A DNA stretch of 25,353 nucleotides, taken from positions 1-25,353 of the IMG/VR virus record IMGVR_UViG_3300025818_000167. One strand, 5' to 3'. A program made the position numbers and the translations under genes. Source of the DNA: a virus. Taxonomy: Duplodnaviria; Caudoviricetes. Of the stretch, positions 15,949 to 25,045 are shown piece after piece. The notes under the pieces were generated by a model that was given only the letters and a program-made list of their open reading frames with translations, did not search any database and was not told where the DNA came from. Positions within the stretch are counted from its first letter, which is position 1. Each line of letters starts with the position of its first letter.

Positions 15949-16396
15949 CAATTTCAGCTAAGGCTTCGCATCTCACAGGAGTTTGCGAATGCCATCTGGA
16001 ATCTTTCATTTGAGCTGCTGCTTCTTTTTTATCGCCTTTAGATAACGCTTCCCACATCTTACGGAACTTAGATACGCCATTTTGGCCAAGCTGAAAAACC
16101 ATTTCTACAATCACATGTTCAATTGCCTGTGGCAATCTTCTATCACCTTTGTACATTTGACCAATCAATTGTTCTGCACCAGCACACGCTCTATTTAAAT
16201 CTATTAAAAATAAATCTTCTATTTCATCTCTTGAAATAGTTGCTCCCTCTTTAAATCTTTCCTTTTCGTGTGGTTGTACCAAATGTCCTATTCCGACAGT
16301 GGGCAGTCCTAGCGAATCTAAATAGACGGTCTCTTCACAACCTTCATGGTCACGAATTCTAGCCTTCAGTTCATCAGTAATTTTAATTGTATTCAT
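15935..16396 (-). CDS. Phage lysozyme (GH24, T4-like endolysin)
   Basis: HEGCEETVYLDSLGLPTVGIGHL carries the E-x8-D-x5-T catalytic triad; MVFQLG and DSRW...TPVR motifs. Confidence 0.92.
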   Translation of the reverse strand: MNTIKITDELKARIRDHEGCEETVYLDSLGLPTVGIGHLVQPHEKERFKEGATISRDEIEDLFLIDLNRACAGAEQLIGQMYKGDRRLPQAIEHVIVEMVFQLGQNGVSKFRKMWEALSKGDKKEAAAQMKDSRWHSQTPVRCEALAEIVENA

Positions 16397-16482
16397 TTTG
16401 CACCTATTCCCCAGTTTTCTTCGTGGGGATCTTTTTCTACCTTTCTTTTAAATATGTTTATAATAAATTGAATTAATTTCAT
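16393..16482 (-). CDS. 29-aa peptide MKLIQFIINIFKRKVEKDPHEENWGIGAK (not in the ORF track)
   Basis: Fills the gap exactly: ATG directly follows the upstream TAA and its TGA overlaps the lysozyme ATG. Confidence 0.65.
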   Translation of the reverse strand: MKLIQFIINIFKRKVEKDPHEENWGIGAK

Positions 16483-17472
16483 TTATCTTAGTTTATAACC
16501 TAAACCAGCGTATTTGTCTACACTTCCTCCGTTTTTTGCATAATAATAATTATCTTGTTGTTCTAAATAACTGGGATTTCTACTACTCATTAAGTTATTT
16601 GATACAGGGACATCGTATCCCTGACTGTTTAAATAAATATTACCTAAAGTATTGTTAGAATCATAGTAATCAGGAACAGAACCTATTCCATAAGAATATC
16701 CCTCAGGTAAATATCCACTGCTTAAAGGGATAGAGTTTATTCCTCCGTATCCCTCAGGGATAAAACCAGTATTTAATGGAGTACTAGCAACGGGTTGAGC
16801 AATAGACACAGGAATATTCATTCCTCTATCATTTTCCACAGGAATCTGTGTATCAATTTCTTGATTGTATCCACCAAAATATCCTCTAGCTTCAGGACTA
16901 ACTCTAGGAAATTGAGTTTCAATTCCTTGAGGTGTTTGACTAGGACTAAAAAATCCTCTGACCTTGTTCCACGCATCGCTAACAGCGTTTCCTATTTTTA
17001 AAGCTGTACTAATATAAGGAATACCAAAATTTTCTAGTAAACCAGGTTGACGAACTATTTGACCACCTGTTGTAGTGGCAATTCCTTGAGCATTTGGATC
17101 ATAAGAAAGTGTATTATATCCTGAGAAAGCTCTACCTACGTCTCCCATTAATTGTTTTATAGTAGGAGCCTGCGCTGTAAAAAATCTTTCTTTTCCTGTT
17201 ACAGGGTCTTTATAGTAAGTAGAAGCTAAAGGTGTTCCTACTTTATTTACTTCCTCCCCATAAGCTTCTCTAAAGGTTGCTGGTCTATCGTATTTAACAT
17301 TAGCTTGTTTGTATTCTTTAGCTAAATCACTAAATTTTTTATCACTACCAATTTTTTCTGCAAATCTAGTAGCATCTCTTATTTCAGAAACAGCACTTTT
17401 ACTAAGGCTTTTACCTTTTCCGCCTGTTTCGCTAGCTCTTCTTGCAGCTAATCTATCTTTTACACTTGCCAT
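16483..17472 (-). CDS. Putative internal virion/ejection protein
   Basis: 329 aa, Gly/Ser/Tyr-rich C-terminal half, YAKNGG motif, position in the late operon. Confidence 0.6.
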   Translation of the reverse strand: MASVKDRLAARRASETGGKGKSLSKSAVSEIRDATRFAEKIGSDKKFSDLAKEYKQANVKYDRPATFREAYGEEVNKVGTPLASTYYKDPVTGKERFFTAQAPTIKQLMGDVGRAFSGYNTLSYDPNAQGIATTTGGQIVRQPGLLENFGIPYISTALKIGNAVSDAWNKVRGFFSPSQTPQGIETQFPRVSPEARGYFGGYNQEIDTQIPVENDRGMNIPVSIAQPVASTPLNTGFIPEGYGGINSIPLSSGYLPEGYSYGIGSVPDYYDSNNTLGNIYLNSQGYDVPVSNNLMSSRNPSYLEQQDNYYYAKNGGSVDKYAGLGYKLR

Positions 17473-19862
17473 TATGCTACCACCTGCGGTCTTTTAAATT
17501 TTTTGGACTCATAAAGATCGACTATACCACCCTCAGCTGCGTTGAAAAGAGGTAATCCTACTGACTCTAAGCTAGCCACGGTCTGCGGATTAATGGGGCC
17601 TGATATCGGAGGAACAACATCAAACCCCTGCCCGCGAGGAACATTCATAGGACTATAGTTAGATTTTTTTGGAGATGTAGAAGGAAATCTTGCTCCTGGT
17701 TTAACATCTTCTGGTTTTGTGTCTAATAAAAATTCTTGATATAAATCTTCTTCAGATGTTTTTTTATTCTCAAACTCTGATATGTAGTCAGCTAAATCTT
17801 GGTTATAGCCAGAAAAAGATTCTAGAAAATATAAAACAGATCCTAGTTGATTTTTCTTTAAGTCACTTATTTTCTTAACACCCGTTTGAATATTAATATA
17901 GTTTTCTAAACCAGCTCTGCCTTTTGGATCAAAAAGCATTTGAGCCATTTTTCTTACACCAAAAGCTCTGACCGCTAATCGTGTTGGGCTCATAAAACCT
18001 AATACAAAATCAAATAATCCCCCTCTTGTAGAGACATTAGAGAAGTCTACTCTTTGTATATATTCAAGAGTGTCTTTTACTTCCTGTAGTTCTTTTGGGT
18101 CTTTGAACAAAACTTTAATTTTATCTTCTGGTAAAATTTCATATAAATTTTTAATAAACTTATCTGGATCAAATATAGTTTTAACAGCCGTACCAAAAGT
18201 AGTTTGATCAATATTCATTTTAGTGACAGGAGCCATTGATCTTTCTAGTGCTTTTTCGAAAAAAGAAGCCTTCACTCTGTCCACTAGTTCTGGGTATCTT
18301 TTTTCTAACACCTTCATTGCTACATTTATTTCACTTGGATCTAGTTTTTGCATTTTGGTAACAATATCTTCTGTGGAAACACCTTTTTTAATATCTATAA
18401 AATCCCCTAAGAATGATTTTTCAAACTTATCAATTAACTCAGAATCTGCTTTGTAAACATCTCTTGCTTTTTTTAATGCAATAGCAACATCTCTATCCAT
18501 TGATTTGTCTAATACAGTGGCATCTAAATCATCTGCAAGTGCTTTTGATATAATTGATGATGGTCTTCTTTGAAGAGCTGTCTCTAAGTCTTTAAAAACA
18601 GAACCAGATCCTTTTGATGCTCCACCATAGGAAGTCATAAGAGATTGAAAATCATCCACCGTCATTAGGCCTTTGGGAGCCATTTCTTTTACTTGATCCA
18701 GTACAGTAATTAAATTTTGATAAAGTCTGTCATCCGTCTTACCTCTACCAGGTTTTGTTTCTTTTATTAGGTCCTCTAAGGACTTAACTAGATTATCTGT
18801 TTTAATAACAGGAAACTCTCTTAAATTAATAGGTTTACCAAAATCATCTAAAACTTCACCTATTTTACCAAAATTATCAGCAGCATTTGATTTTCTAGCA
18901 TTAATGAAACCATCTAATACAGACTCATATGCTGAAACTAAATCGTCACCCAAGGGAGTTCCTGCATCCATACCCTTTTTAATAGTAGCCATCATTTTTT
19001 GTATATTCTTAGCGGCAGCTGTAACCTGTCTATCCGTCATATCTTTTGCTATGTCTTGAGTTAAATAATAGGATCTGAGCCATCCCTCAATAGATTGAAG
19101 AGTAGAATCCCCTGTTATTTCCCCTAAGGACATTTCCCCCATTTTTTCTTGAAGTTCTCTTCCTCTTTGAACATATGCGACTCCGCCTGGTTTATCTTTT
19201 CCAGAAATTATTTTAACAGTTCTGTTTGTTAAAAAGTTTTTAAGTGGATTTGCTTTAAACATAAAATCCATGAATTTGTTTGCTCCCCACTGGGATGTAC
19301 CACCAAAAACAGCTTCGGCAGCTATTTGAGCAGCTTTTTCTTCATCTGAAATATCCATTTCACCAGGTAATGACTCAGCATACTGCTGTACTTCTGTCAT
19401 CATTCCTGCACCTAAAATAGCCGCTACCCAAGGATTAGATGTCCCAAGAGTAGGCAACGCTACTGTAGCCTCTCCTCCTAACTCAGCAATGTCTCCCACA
19501 TCAATTCCTGATGGATTAAAAGGAGCTACTGTATATCCCTCTGCCTCTCTGAATAAAAGAGTACCATCTCCCGCTCTAGTAACATTTTTTTCACCATAAA
19601 TTTCTTTTAAAAAATTTTCTTCTGCCTTAGACCCACCAACTAATTCCTTAATATCTGCTTTATATCTTTCAAAAAGACTTGCTGGATCTGTTATTCCTAA
19701 AAAATAATTTGGATCTTCTTTTAGTATTTTCTGTTGAAAATCAAAAAGAGCTTGAGGAGAGTCTAAATAAGATCGAGGTAAATTTTCTATTGACCCTCCC
19801 TCATATACTGGTTTATCCATTTCGGATATAACAGGATCTTTTACAATATTAAAATCAACCAT
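17472..19862 (-). CDS. Large putative internal virion/DNA-ejection protein
   Basis: 796 aa, mainly helical with a Gly/Ala hydrophobic segment; C-terminal FNAAEGG; podovirus core-protein position. Confidence 0.65.
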   Translation of the reverse strand: MVDFNIVKDPVISEMDKPVYEGGSIENLPRSYLDSPQALFDFQQKILKEDPNYFLGITDPASLFERYKADIKELVGGSKAEENFLKEIYGEKNVTRAGDGTLLFREAEGYTVAPFNPSGIDVGDIAELGGEATVALPTLGTSNPWVAAILGAGMMTEVQQYAESLPGEMDISDEEKAAQIAAEAVFGGTSQWGANKFMDFMFKANPLKNFLTNRTVKIISGKDKPGGVAYVQRGRELQEKMGEMSLGEITGDSTLQSIEGWLRSYYLTQDIAKDMTDRQVTAAAKNIQKMMATIKKGMDAGTPLGDDLVSAYESVLDGFINARKSNAADNFGKIGEVLDDFGKPINLREFPVIKTDNLVKSLEDLIKETKPGRGKTDDRLYQNLITVLDQVKEMAPKGLMTVDDFQSLMTSYGGASKGSGSVFKDLETALQRRPSSIISKALADDLDATVLDKSMDRDVAIALKKARDVYKADSELIDKFEKSFLGDFIDIKKGVSTEDIVTKMQKLDPSEINVAMKVLEKRYPELVDRVKASFFEKALERSMAPVTKMNIDQTTFGTAVKTIFDPDKFIKNLYEILPEDKIKVLFKDPKELQEVKDTLEYIQRVDFSNVSTRGGLFDFVLGFMSPTRLAVRAFGVRKMAQMLFDPKGRAGLENYINIQTGVKKISDLKKNQLGSVLYFLESFSGYNQDLADYISEFENKKTSEEDLYQEFLLDTKPEDVKPGARFPSTSPKKSNYSPMNVPRGQGFDVVPPISGPINPQTVASLESVGLPLFNAAEGGIVDLYESKKFKRPQVVA

Positions 19863-22176
19863 TAGGCTTCTTCAATATATCTAGAGCTTTTTCTTCGTCT
19901 TCTTCTGATGTAGTTTTTCCCATAGTATAGGGGGCTAACATCTTGTTAACTTCATCGGTGTAGTCCATAATAGAATTTTCTATGTATTGAGTAGGAAGAT
20001 TATATCCTAATGCTAAATTTTTGTATCTCATGTCTACGTTTTGCTGTACTTGCCAAGATTTTTCAAAAAGTACTCTAGCGGTATTAACAAAGTCTTCTCT
20101 AATCTCAGGAGCTAATGCTTCACCGTCTAAAGCTTTATTAAACTGTGCTCTAATTCTAGATGGAATACTTCCAGCATTTGCCGCTGTTGCATATTCGCTT
20201 TCTCTTACAACAGACTGAGGATCCAGTAATTTCATGAATTGGAATATTAATGCTACGTCTCCAGCAGCAGATGGATCTTCTGCTTTTGCCTTAATTGTTT
20301 CAAATTTATTTTTCATTTTAACAAACTCTTCAGATGCCTTAGTGTGTTCTTCTCTAATTTTATTGGACTGTTGTATAAAGAAGGCTTTCTTTTCCTCAGG
20401 GTCTTTAAAAACCATATCTAAATACTTTTGAGGATCTAATAATATTTGACTTCTCAGCTCCTCTGTTAGCTCTCCATCTTCCTCTAATTTAGTTATTAAA
20501 GTTTGAGGAATAGATTGTTTTAATTTTGTGTTACTTCTCTCTACGTCTTTTTCAGCTTTTATTTCTCCATATAAAACCTGATCAATAGGCTGCCCTGTTC
20601 TTTTATTAAGGAGCATTCCTGTATAAGGGTCGGTTATAAACTCTTCCTCTCTGAAAATAGATTTAACCATTTCACCACCTACTAACTCAGAAAACTTATT
20701 TAATCTATCCTGCTGTGCCTTTTTTTCATCGGCAGCCATACTTAACGCTGCTTTCTTGTAAGGCTCTTTTAATTGACTTACTGTTGCCCCGTATCTTCCT
20801 ACATCGCTAAATGCTTCAGGAATAACTTGACTCATTTCTTTTTCTGGGTCTAGAATATTTGCAGCAATATTTGCTAAATAAGGAGAGGCATACAATAATG
20901 CCTGATTTTTTAAATCAGCTCTATCTAATAATTGTTTTTCTATTTCGCCACTTCTTTGAACTATATCTATAGGAGCATCTCCATAACCAAAGAACTCTTT
21001 ACCAAAACCTATAAGATCCTCTCCACCAAGGTTTCTCATATCCTGTCCATCAACAAAAATACTACCTGCCGCTCTAACGATCCCACCATTTTGTGGATTC
21101 ATTAATTGATCGGATGCCATGGGAGGCATCATTGTTTGTGCCTGATCAGTAGACGCAATTCCCTCTTTTTCTTGTAATTCAAACACTGGCTGGACTAAAG
21201 CTAATACAGATAGAGGAGTATCTCTTGCGTCTTTCTCTCCAACTGTCATTGCCAGTTCTTGGACTCTTCCCTCTAAGGGAACATCATCACCGCGAACCTC
21301 GTTCATTAATTGTACATACTGCTCAGGGGAAACCTTTGCAATACCATCGTCACTCGATCCGCTTTCCGCGGTCATCGAAACTTCTTCCTCTGAATCTAAT
21401 CCATCGGCAATACCAACCGCATCCACTGTCTCGCCTTCCATGGGAGATCCCTCTGCTCTGTTTTTTAATCTATTTAAATAGTTTAATTCTTGTTCAGGAA
21501 TCTCAAAAGGTTTAGGCTCAAGAGCGCCCTTCTCTTTCATTTCGTTTGAAATTTTATAATTAGTAAACTCATTCATTAAATTTGTAAGATAACTAAAGTT
21601 ATCAGGAGTATTGCCTTGTAAAAGAAGATCTAAAATACTTAGTCCTTTATCTCCATAAGAATCCATTAAAAAACTTTGAAACTCAGGATCATTAACAATT
21701 AAAGTATATTGATCTACTTGATCTTCTGTAGGCATTTCACCTTCTCTCACTACAGAATTAGGATCAATACCTCTTTTATATTCACCTTCTCTCACTACAG
21801 AATTAGGATCTAATAGATTTAATAAACTAGACATCTGCTTTTCTGTAGGCATTTCACCTTCTCTTACTACAGAATAAGGATCAGAACTTATTAATTTATT
21901 ATATTCTTTTTTAATTGAATCAGGTACATCTATAGTATTTGCAGCAGTCATGTATTCGCCTTCTCTGACTGTGCTTCTTGGGTCTAATAAATTCATTAAA
22001 CCAGATACTTGATCCTCTGTTAATGGCTCTCCATATCTTAGACGAGAGTTAGGATCTATTTTTAAAAAATGATTATACAAGGCAGCCGATTGTGCTGGGG
22101 TCATGTATTCACCCTCCCTCATTACCATTCTAGGATCAAAAGAAAACATTGATCTATTAAAAATTGAATCTGCCAT
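19855..22176 (-). CDS. Putative DNA-transfer/ejection protein with N-terminal repeats
   Basis: 773 aa; C-terminal DVALIFQFMKLLDPQSVVRESE motif recalled from phage ejection proteins; six N-terminal DPxSVVREGE-like repeats. Confidence 0.7.
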   Translation of the reverse strand: MADSIFNRSMFSFDPRMVMREGEYMTPAQSAALYNHFLKIDPNSRLRYGEPLTEDQVSGLMNLLDPRSTVREGEYMTAANTIDVPDSIKKEYNKLISSDPYSVVREGEMPTEKQMSSLLNLLDPNSVVREGEYKRGIDPNSVVREGEMPTEDQVDQYTLIVNDPEFQSFLMDSYGDKGLSILDLLLQGNTPDNFSYLTNLMNEFTNYKISNEMKEKGALEPKPFEIPEQELNYLNRLKNRAEGSPMEGETVDAVGIADGLDSEEEVSMTAESGSSDDGIAKVSPEQYVQLMNEVRGDDVPLEGRVQELAMTVGEKDARDTPLSVLALVQPVFELQEKEGIASTDQAQTMMPPMASDQLMNPQNGGIVRAAGSIFVDGQDMRNLGGEDLIGFGKEFFGYGDAPIDIVQRSGEIEKQLLDRADLKNQALLYASPYLANIAANILDPEKEMSQVIPEAFSDVGRYGATVSQLKEPYKKAALSMAADEKKAQQDRLNKFSELVGGEMVKSIFREEEFITDPYTGMLLNKRTGQPIDQVLYGEIKAEKDVERSNTKLKQSIPQTLITKLEEDGELTEELRSQILLDPQKYLDMVFKDPEEKKAFFIQQSNKIREEHTKASEEFVKMKNKFETIKAKAEDPSAAGDVALIFQFMKLLDPQSVVRESEYATAANAGSIPSRIRAQFNKALDGEALAPEIREDFVNTARVLFEKSWQVQQNVDMRYKNLALGYNLPTQYIENSIMDYTDEVNKMLAPYTMGKTTSEEDEEKALDILKKPNG
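21715..22137 (-). repeat. Intragenic coding repeats (6 x DPxSVVREGE-like)
   Basis: 30-bp identical DNA copies at 21736-21765 and 21781-21810, a 2-mismatch copy at 21853-21882, and three more diverged copies toward the gene start. Confidence 0.9.
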
Positions 22177-23084
22177 TAGAATAGTCCCTGCAATCCGCTA
22201 AGTCCTGACAGTGCGCTTAACCCTGCAACACCGTATCCAGCAATTGTTCTGAGAGGAGAGAGACTACTTGTTGCTGCTGGTGCAGTACTTGTTTGTATAG
22301 TTTGTTGTGTTGTCGGTGCTCCCGCATAAATGTCTGATAGGAAACCAACTCTCTGATAAGGCTCATACATTTGAGAAAGAGCGTTCTGTCTTGCCACATC
22401 GAGTGTTGACTGAGCCTGCTGCTGTCCGAGTGCGCCTAAACCTAATAGTGTATTAATATCCTGTGTTCCAGCTTGCTGACCTGTGATACCTAGTTGAGCC
22501 TGCTGTGCTCCAAAGGCTCCGTATTGGGGTGCCAACGCTCCGAGTCCCGCGGCCATCGTTTGCTGTCTTGCTCCCTGCTGCTGTTGTGCATTTAAGAACG
22601 CCTGAGCTTGAGCCTGAGCTAGTGCGGATGCACGATTTCTCTCTAACTCTGCTCTTTGAATTCCCTCTCTTCCACCGCCAAATGCTCCAGCCTGTAATGC
22701 CTGAGCTGCGGCTCCCTGCTGTGCTATATTGTAAGAACGATTGATCTCATCTTGAATTGCTTGCTGATAGGGGTTCATGTATGGCTGTAGTTCTGCCATA
22801 GTGGGTGCTTGACCTAGATTGGTGTACGCTTGCGCTGCTTGACCTAGAGTTCCTAAGCCAGCTGCCTGAGATTGCAATGCGGAAGCTAAGTAGGGTTGGT
22901 ATGCTCCAATACCTTGAGATCCTAATTGAATTGCCTGTAACTGTTCGGGAGTTAAGCCTGCTACCTGTTGAGCGGGTAGAGTCAATGGTTGATCCGCTAA
23001 AGCCTTAGCGGTATCCATTAAACCTAGTTTTCTTGCTTCAATATCAGGTGCTTCCCTTGTTAAATATTCAGTAGTTGTAACCAT
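22176..23084 (-). CDS. Gln/Ala/Gly-rich putative pilot/ejection protein
   Basis: YMNPYQQ and AGAFGGGR motifs, QA-rich helices, hydrophobic Gly-rich C-terminus. Confidence 0.7.
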   Translation of the reverse strand: MVTTTEYLTREAPDIEARKLGLMDTAKALADQPLTLPAQQVAGLTPEQLQAIQLGSQGIGAYQPYLASALQSQAAGLGTLGQAAQAYTNLGQAPTMAELQPYMNPYQQAIQDEINRSYNIAQQGAAAQALQAGAFGGGREGIQRAELERNRASALAQAQAQAFLNAQQQQGARQQTMAAGLGALAPQYGAFGAQQAQLGITGQQAGTQDINTLLGLGALGQQQAQSTLDVARQNALSQMYEPYQRVGFLSDIYAGAPTTQQTIQTSTAPAATSSLSPLRTIAGYGVAGLSALSGLSGLQGLF

Positions 23085-24190
23085 TATGCCATACCCATAC
23101 TTTGTTGTGATAATCTACCACCATTTTCTAAATTTTTCATCATTTGATACATCCTTTTTGCTCCCTCTTTCCGCGATCCGCCGCCCGCGTTTCTCACTGC
23201 CTGAGCAGTCATGACAAATTCACCATCACTTAACATCGCTGGGATATCATCGGATGTTCCTGTTCCCTTACCCGCAATCTCTCCGATTCTCTTAGGGTGT
23301 TCCATTGTTCTACCATCGGGATGCTCGATCATCTGACCGCTGCCCGCGGCAAACCCTGTTATCTCTCCGCCCTTCGCTGCTAGATAAATACCAGGATCGT
23401 ATCCCTCAGGACCTGTTATATCTTTTAACTGATATCTAGACGGATCTGTATAATATAATTCATTGGGTGTCCAAGCGTAAGACTCCTCTTCTGTTTCTTC
23501 CTCAGGTTTTGAAAGTAAACTTGGTAATGTCAGCGCTGTTAAACCAGCCGCTGCCGCAGGTCCATACTGACCTAAAAAACCTCTCTCAATTTTTTCAGGA
23601 ACAATCCCTAATTGTTTTTCATATATACCTCTTTGTAAAAGATTTTCTGAAAGTAGTGTAGGATCTAATGGTTGCCCTTCAGAATTTACTAGAGGAAACA
23701 TTTTATCAATAGCCTCAGAGTACTGCTTCATTTCTGGTGCAAACTTAGGGTTTGTTTTATATTGAGACACATCACTAAAAGGATTTAATCTAGAGTCTTT
23801 AAGTTTGTCATAAACATTACTAATACCTGAAACCTGACCGCTGCCCTGTTGTACTTTAATATCTGGAGTAATACCAAATGCTCCCTGCTTAAAGCCTTGA
23901 CCAAAGGTTGCTCCCTCAGGTCTCATCATTGCTCCTCTCAGTCCTCCAATTCCTACCTGTAGTGCTAAGTCTTTTGCAATTTGAACTGGCTTTTTACCAG
24001 CAGCTAAATTTATTCCCGCTCCTAATGCATATTGATAAGGTAAAGGTATACCTGTGAAAGGAAGTATATAAGGAGCAATCGGTGCAACAGCTTTCGCTAC
24101 ACCTGTTACTGTATCTTTAACATTTTGAAAAAAATCACCAACAAGAGATCCAAGACCTAATTCATATACCTGTGGATACTCTTGATTCAT
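23084..24190 (-). CDS. Putative internal virion protein with a GTGTSDDIPAMLSDGEFV domain
   Basis: The C-terminal motif is shared with tape-measure and ejection proteins; hydrophobic Gly/Ala N-terminal segments. Confidence 0.75.
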   Translation of the reverse strand: MNQEYPQVYELGLGSLVGDFFQNVKDTVTGVAKAVAPIAPYILPFTGIPLPYQYALGAGINLAAGKKPVQIAKDLALQVGIGGLRGAMMRPEGATFGQGFKQGAFGITPDIKVQQGSGQVSGISNVYDKLKDSRLNPFSDVSQYKTNPKFAPEMKQYSEAIDKMFPLVNSEGQPLDPTLLSENLLQRGIYEKQLGIVPEKIERGFLGQYGPAAAAGLTALTLPSLLSKPEEETEEESYAWTPNELYYTDPSRYQLKDITGPEGYDPGIYLAAKGGEITGFAAGSGQMIEHPDGRTMEHPKRIGEIAGKGTGTSDDIPAMLSDGEFVMTAQAVRNAGGGSRKEGAKRMYQMMKNLENGGRLSQQSMGMA

Positions 24191-24196
24191 TTTTCA

Positions 24197-24454
24197 TTAT
24201 CCTTGTTTCGGTGTAACCGCACCTGTAAATAGTTTTGGTGCAATAACATTAACATCTCTCCTAATATCCGACTCAGTAGTAGCAGTAGAAGGATTAGCCA
24301 CGTCAGCAGCACAATGATCCTCTGACTCATACGTTTCACCAGTTCGAGTATTGGTAATGGTGGTCTCAACCTTACAACTATAGACAGGAATTTGGTTCCC
24401 TTCAATATCGTATTCATAGCGTAAGATGATCGGTTCATCTACTATTTTATGCAT
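24197..24454 (-). CDS. Hypothetical phage protein
   Basis: 85-aa ORF in the late operon with a TNTRTGETYES...DV pattern; likely leaderless start. Confidence 0.65.
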   Translation of the reverse strand: MHKIVDEPIILRYEYDIEGNQIPVYSCKVETTITNTRTGETYESEDHCAADVANPSTATTESDIRRDVNVIAPKLFTGAVTPKQG

Positions 24455-24460
24455 AGTATA

Positions 24461-24489
24461 GTTTTATAGCTGAATATCTTAGAAATCAA
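24461..24489 (-). promoter_or_regulatory. Putative internal late promoter (TTGATT-N17-TAAAAC)
   Basis: Lies in the 40-bp gap, the largest in the late operon; the -10 sits 6 nt before ATG 24454 and there is no SD. Confidence 0.35.
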
Positions 24490-24494
24490 CAGGA

Positions 24495-24854
24495 TTATTG
24501 TTGTTGTTTGACTTCTAATAGAGATATAGAGAGAACTAGCTCGTTGTTAGCGGCGGCATTAGCATAAAGAATATCACCTGATTCAAAGACATAAAGTCCT
24601 TCAAAGAGTACGTTAAACACTTCTGTTGTTTTACTTTCCCCCGCTAGAGAAATTGTTTGATTTTGACTTGCATCGTAGTGGGCTAGAGTAAAGGCAGTTT
24701 TTGTAGGAGAGGGATTACTGTGAACCAAATACATTGTTTTAGCAATATAAGTCGACACAGGAATGTTATTAGCTACATCTGCTTCAGGCACAGTAAATAT
24801 TGCTGTGTTTACAGTGTCCATAATATGAGTGAAATTTTTATATACGTCTGCCAT
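24495..24854 (-). CDS. Putative small virion/tail-associated protein
   Basis: MADVYKN...IFTVP...ESGDIL...SLLE beta-rich pattern typical of small tail-module proteins. Confidence 0.7.
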   Translation of the reverse strand: MADVYKNFTHIMDTVNTAIFTVPEADVANNIPVSTYIAKTMYLVHSNPSPTKTAFTLAHYDASQNQTISLAGESKTTEVFNVLFEGLYVFESGDILYANAAANNELVLSISLLEVKQQQ

Positions 24855-25033
24855 TAACTACCTGCACTGCTAAAAAACCATGCTCTTCTTGTTGCTTCTT
24901 CTAAGCTATCATTGGTGTAAGAAGTATTCAACTGTTGGATCAGAGCTTCTAATTGCCTGATTAATTCATAAAAGTTCCTAGGATCATACTGCTGAGGTGG
25001 ATCTGGAAATCTTTGTAAAGTTAATTTTGCCAT
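24854..25033 (-). CDS. 59-aa putative virion protein (not in the ORF track)
   Basis: MAKLTLQRFPDPPQQYDPRNFYELIRQLEALIQQLNTSYTNDSLEEATRRAWFFSSAGS; TAATG overlap with the next gene. Confidence 0.75.
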   Translation of the reverse strand: MAKLTLQRFPDPPQQYDPRNFYELIRQLEALIQQLNTSYTNDSLEEATRRAWFFSSAGS

Positions 25034-25045
25034 TATTTAAATATA

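Noticed and set aside
21736-21882. Diversity-generating retroelement TR/VR pair
   Set aside because: The repeats are short and in-frame within one gene, with no reverse transcriptase in the window.
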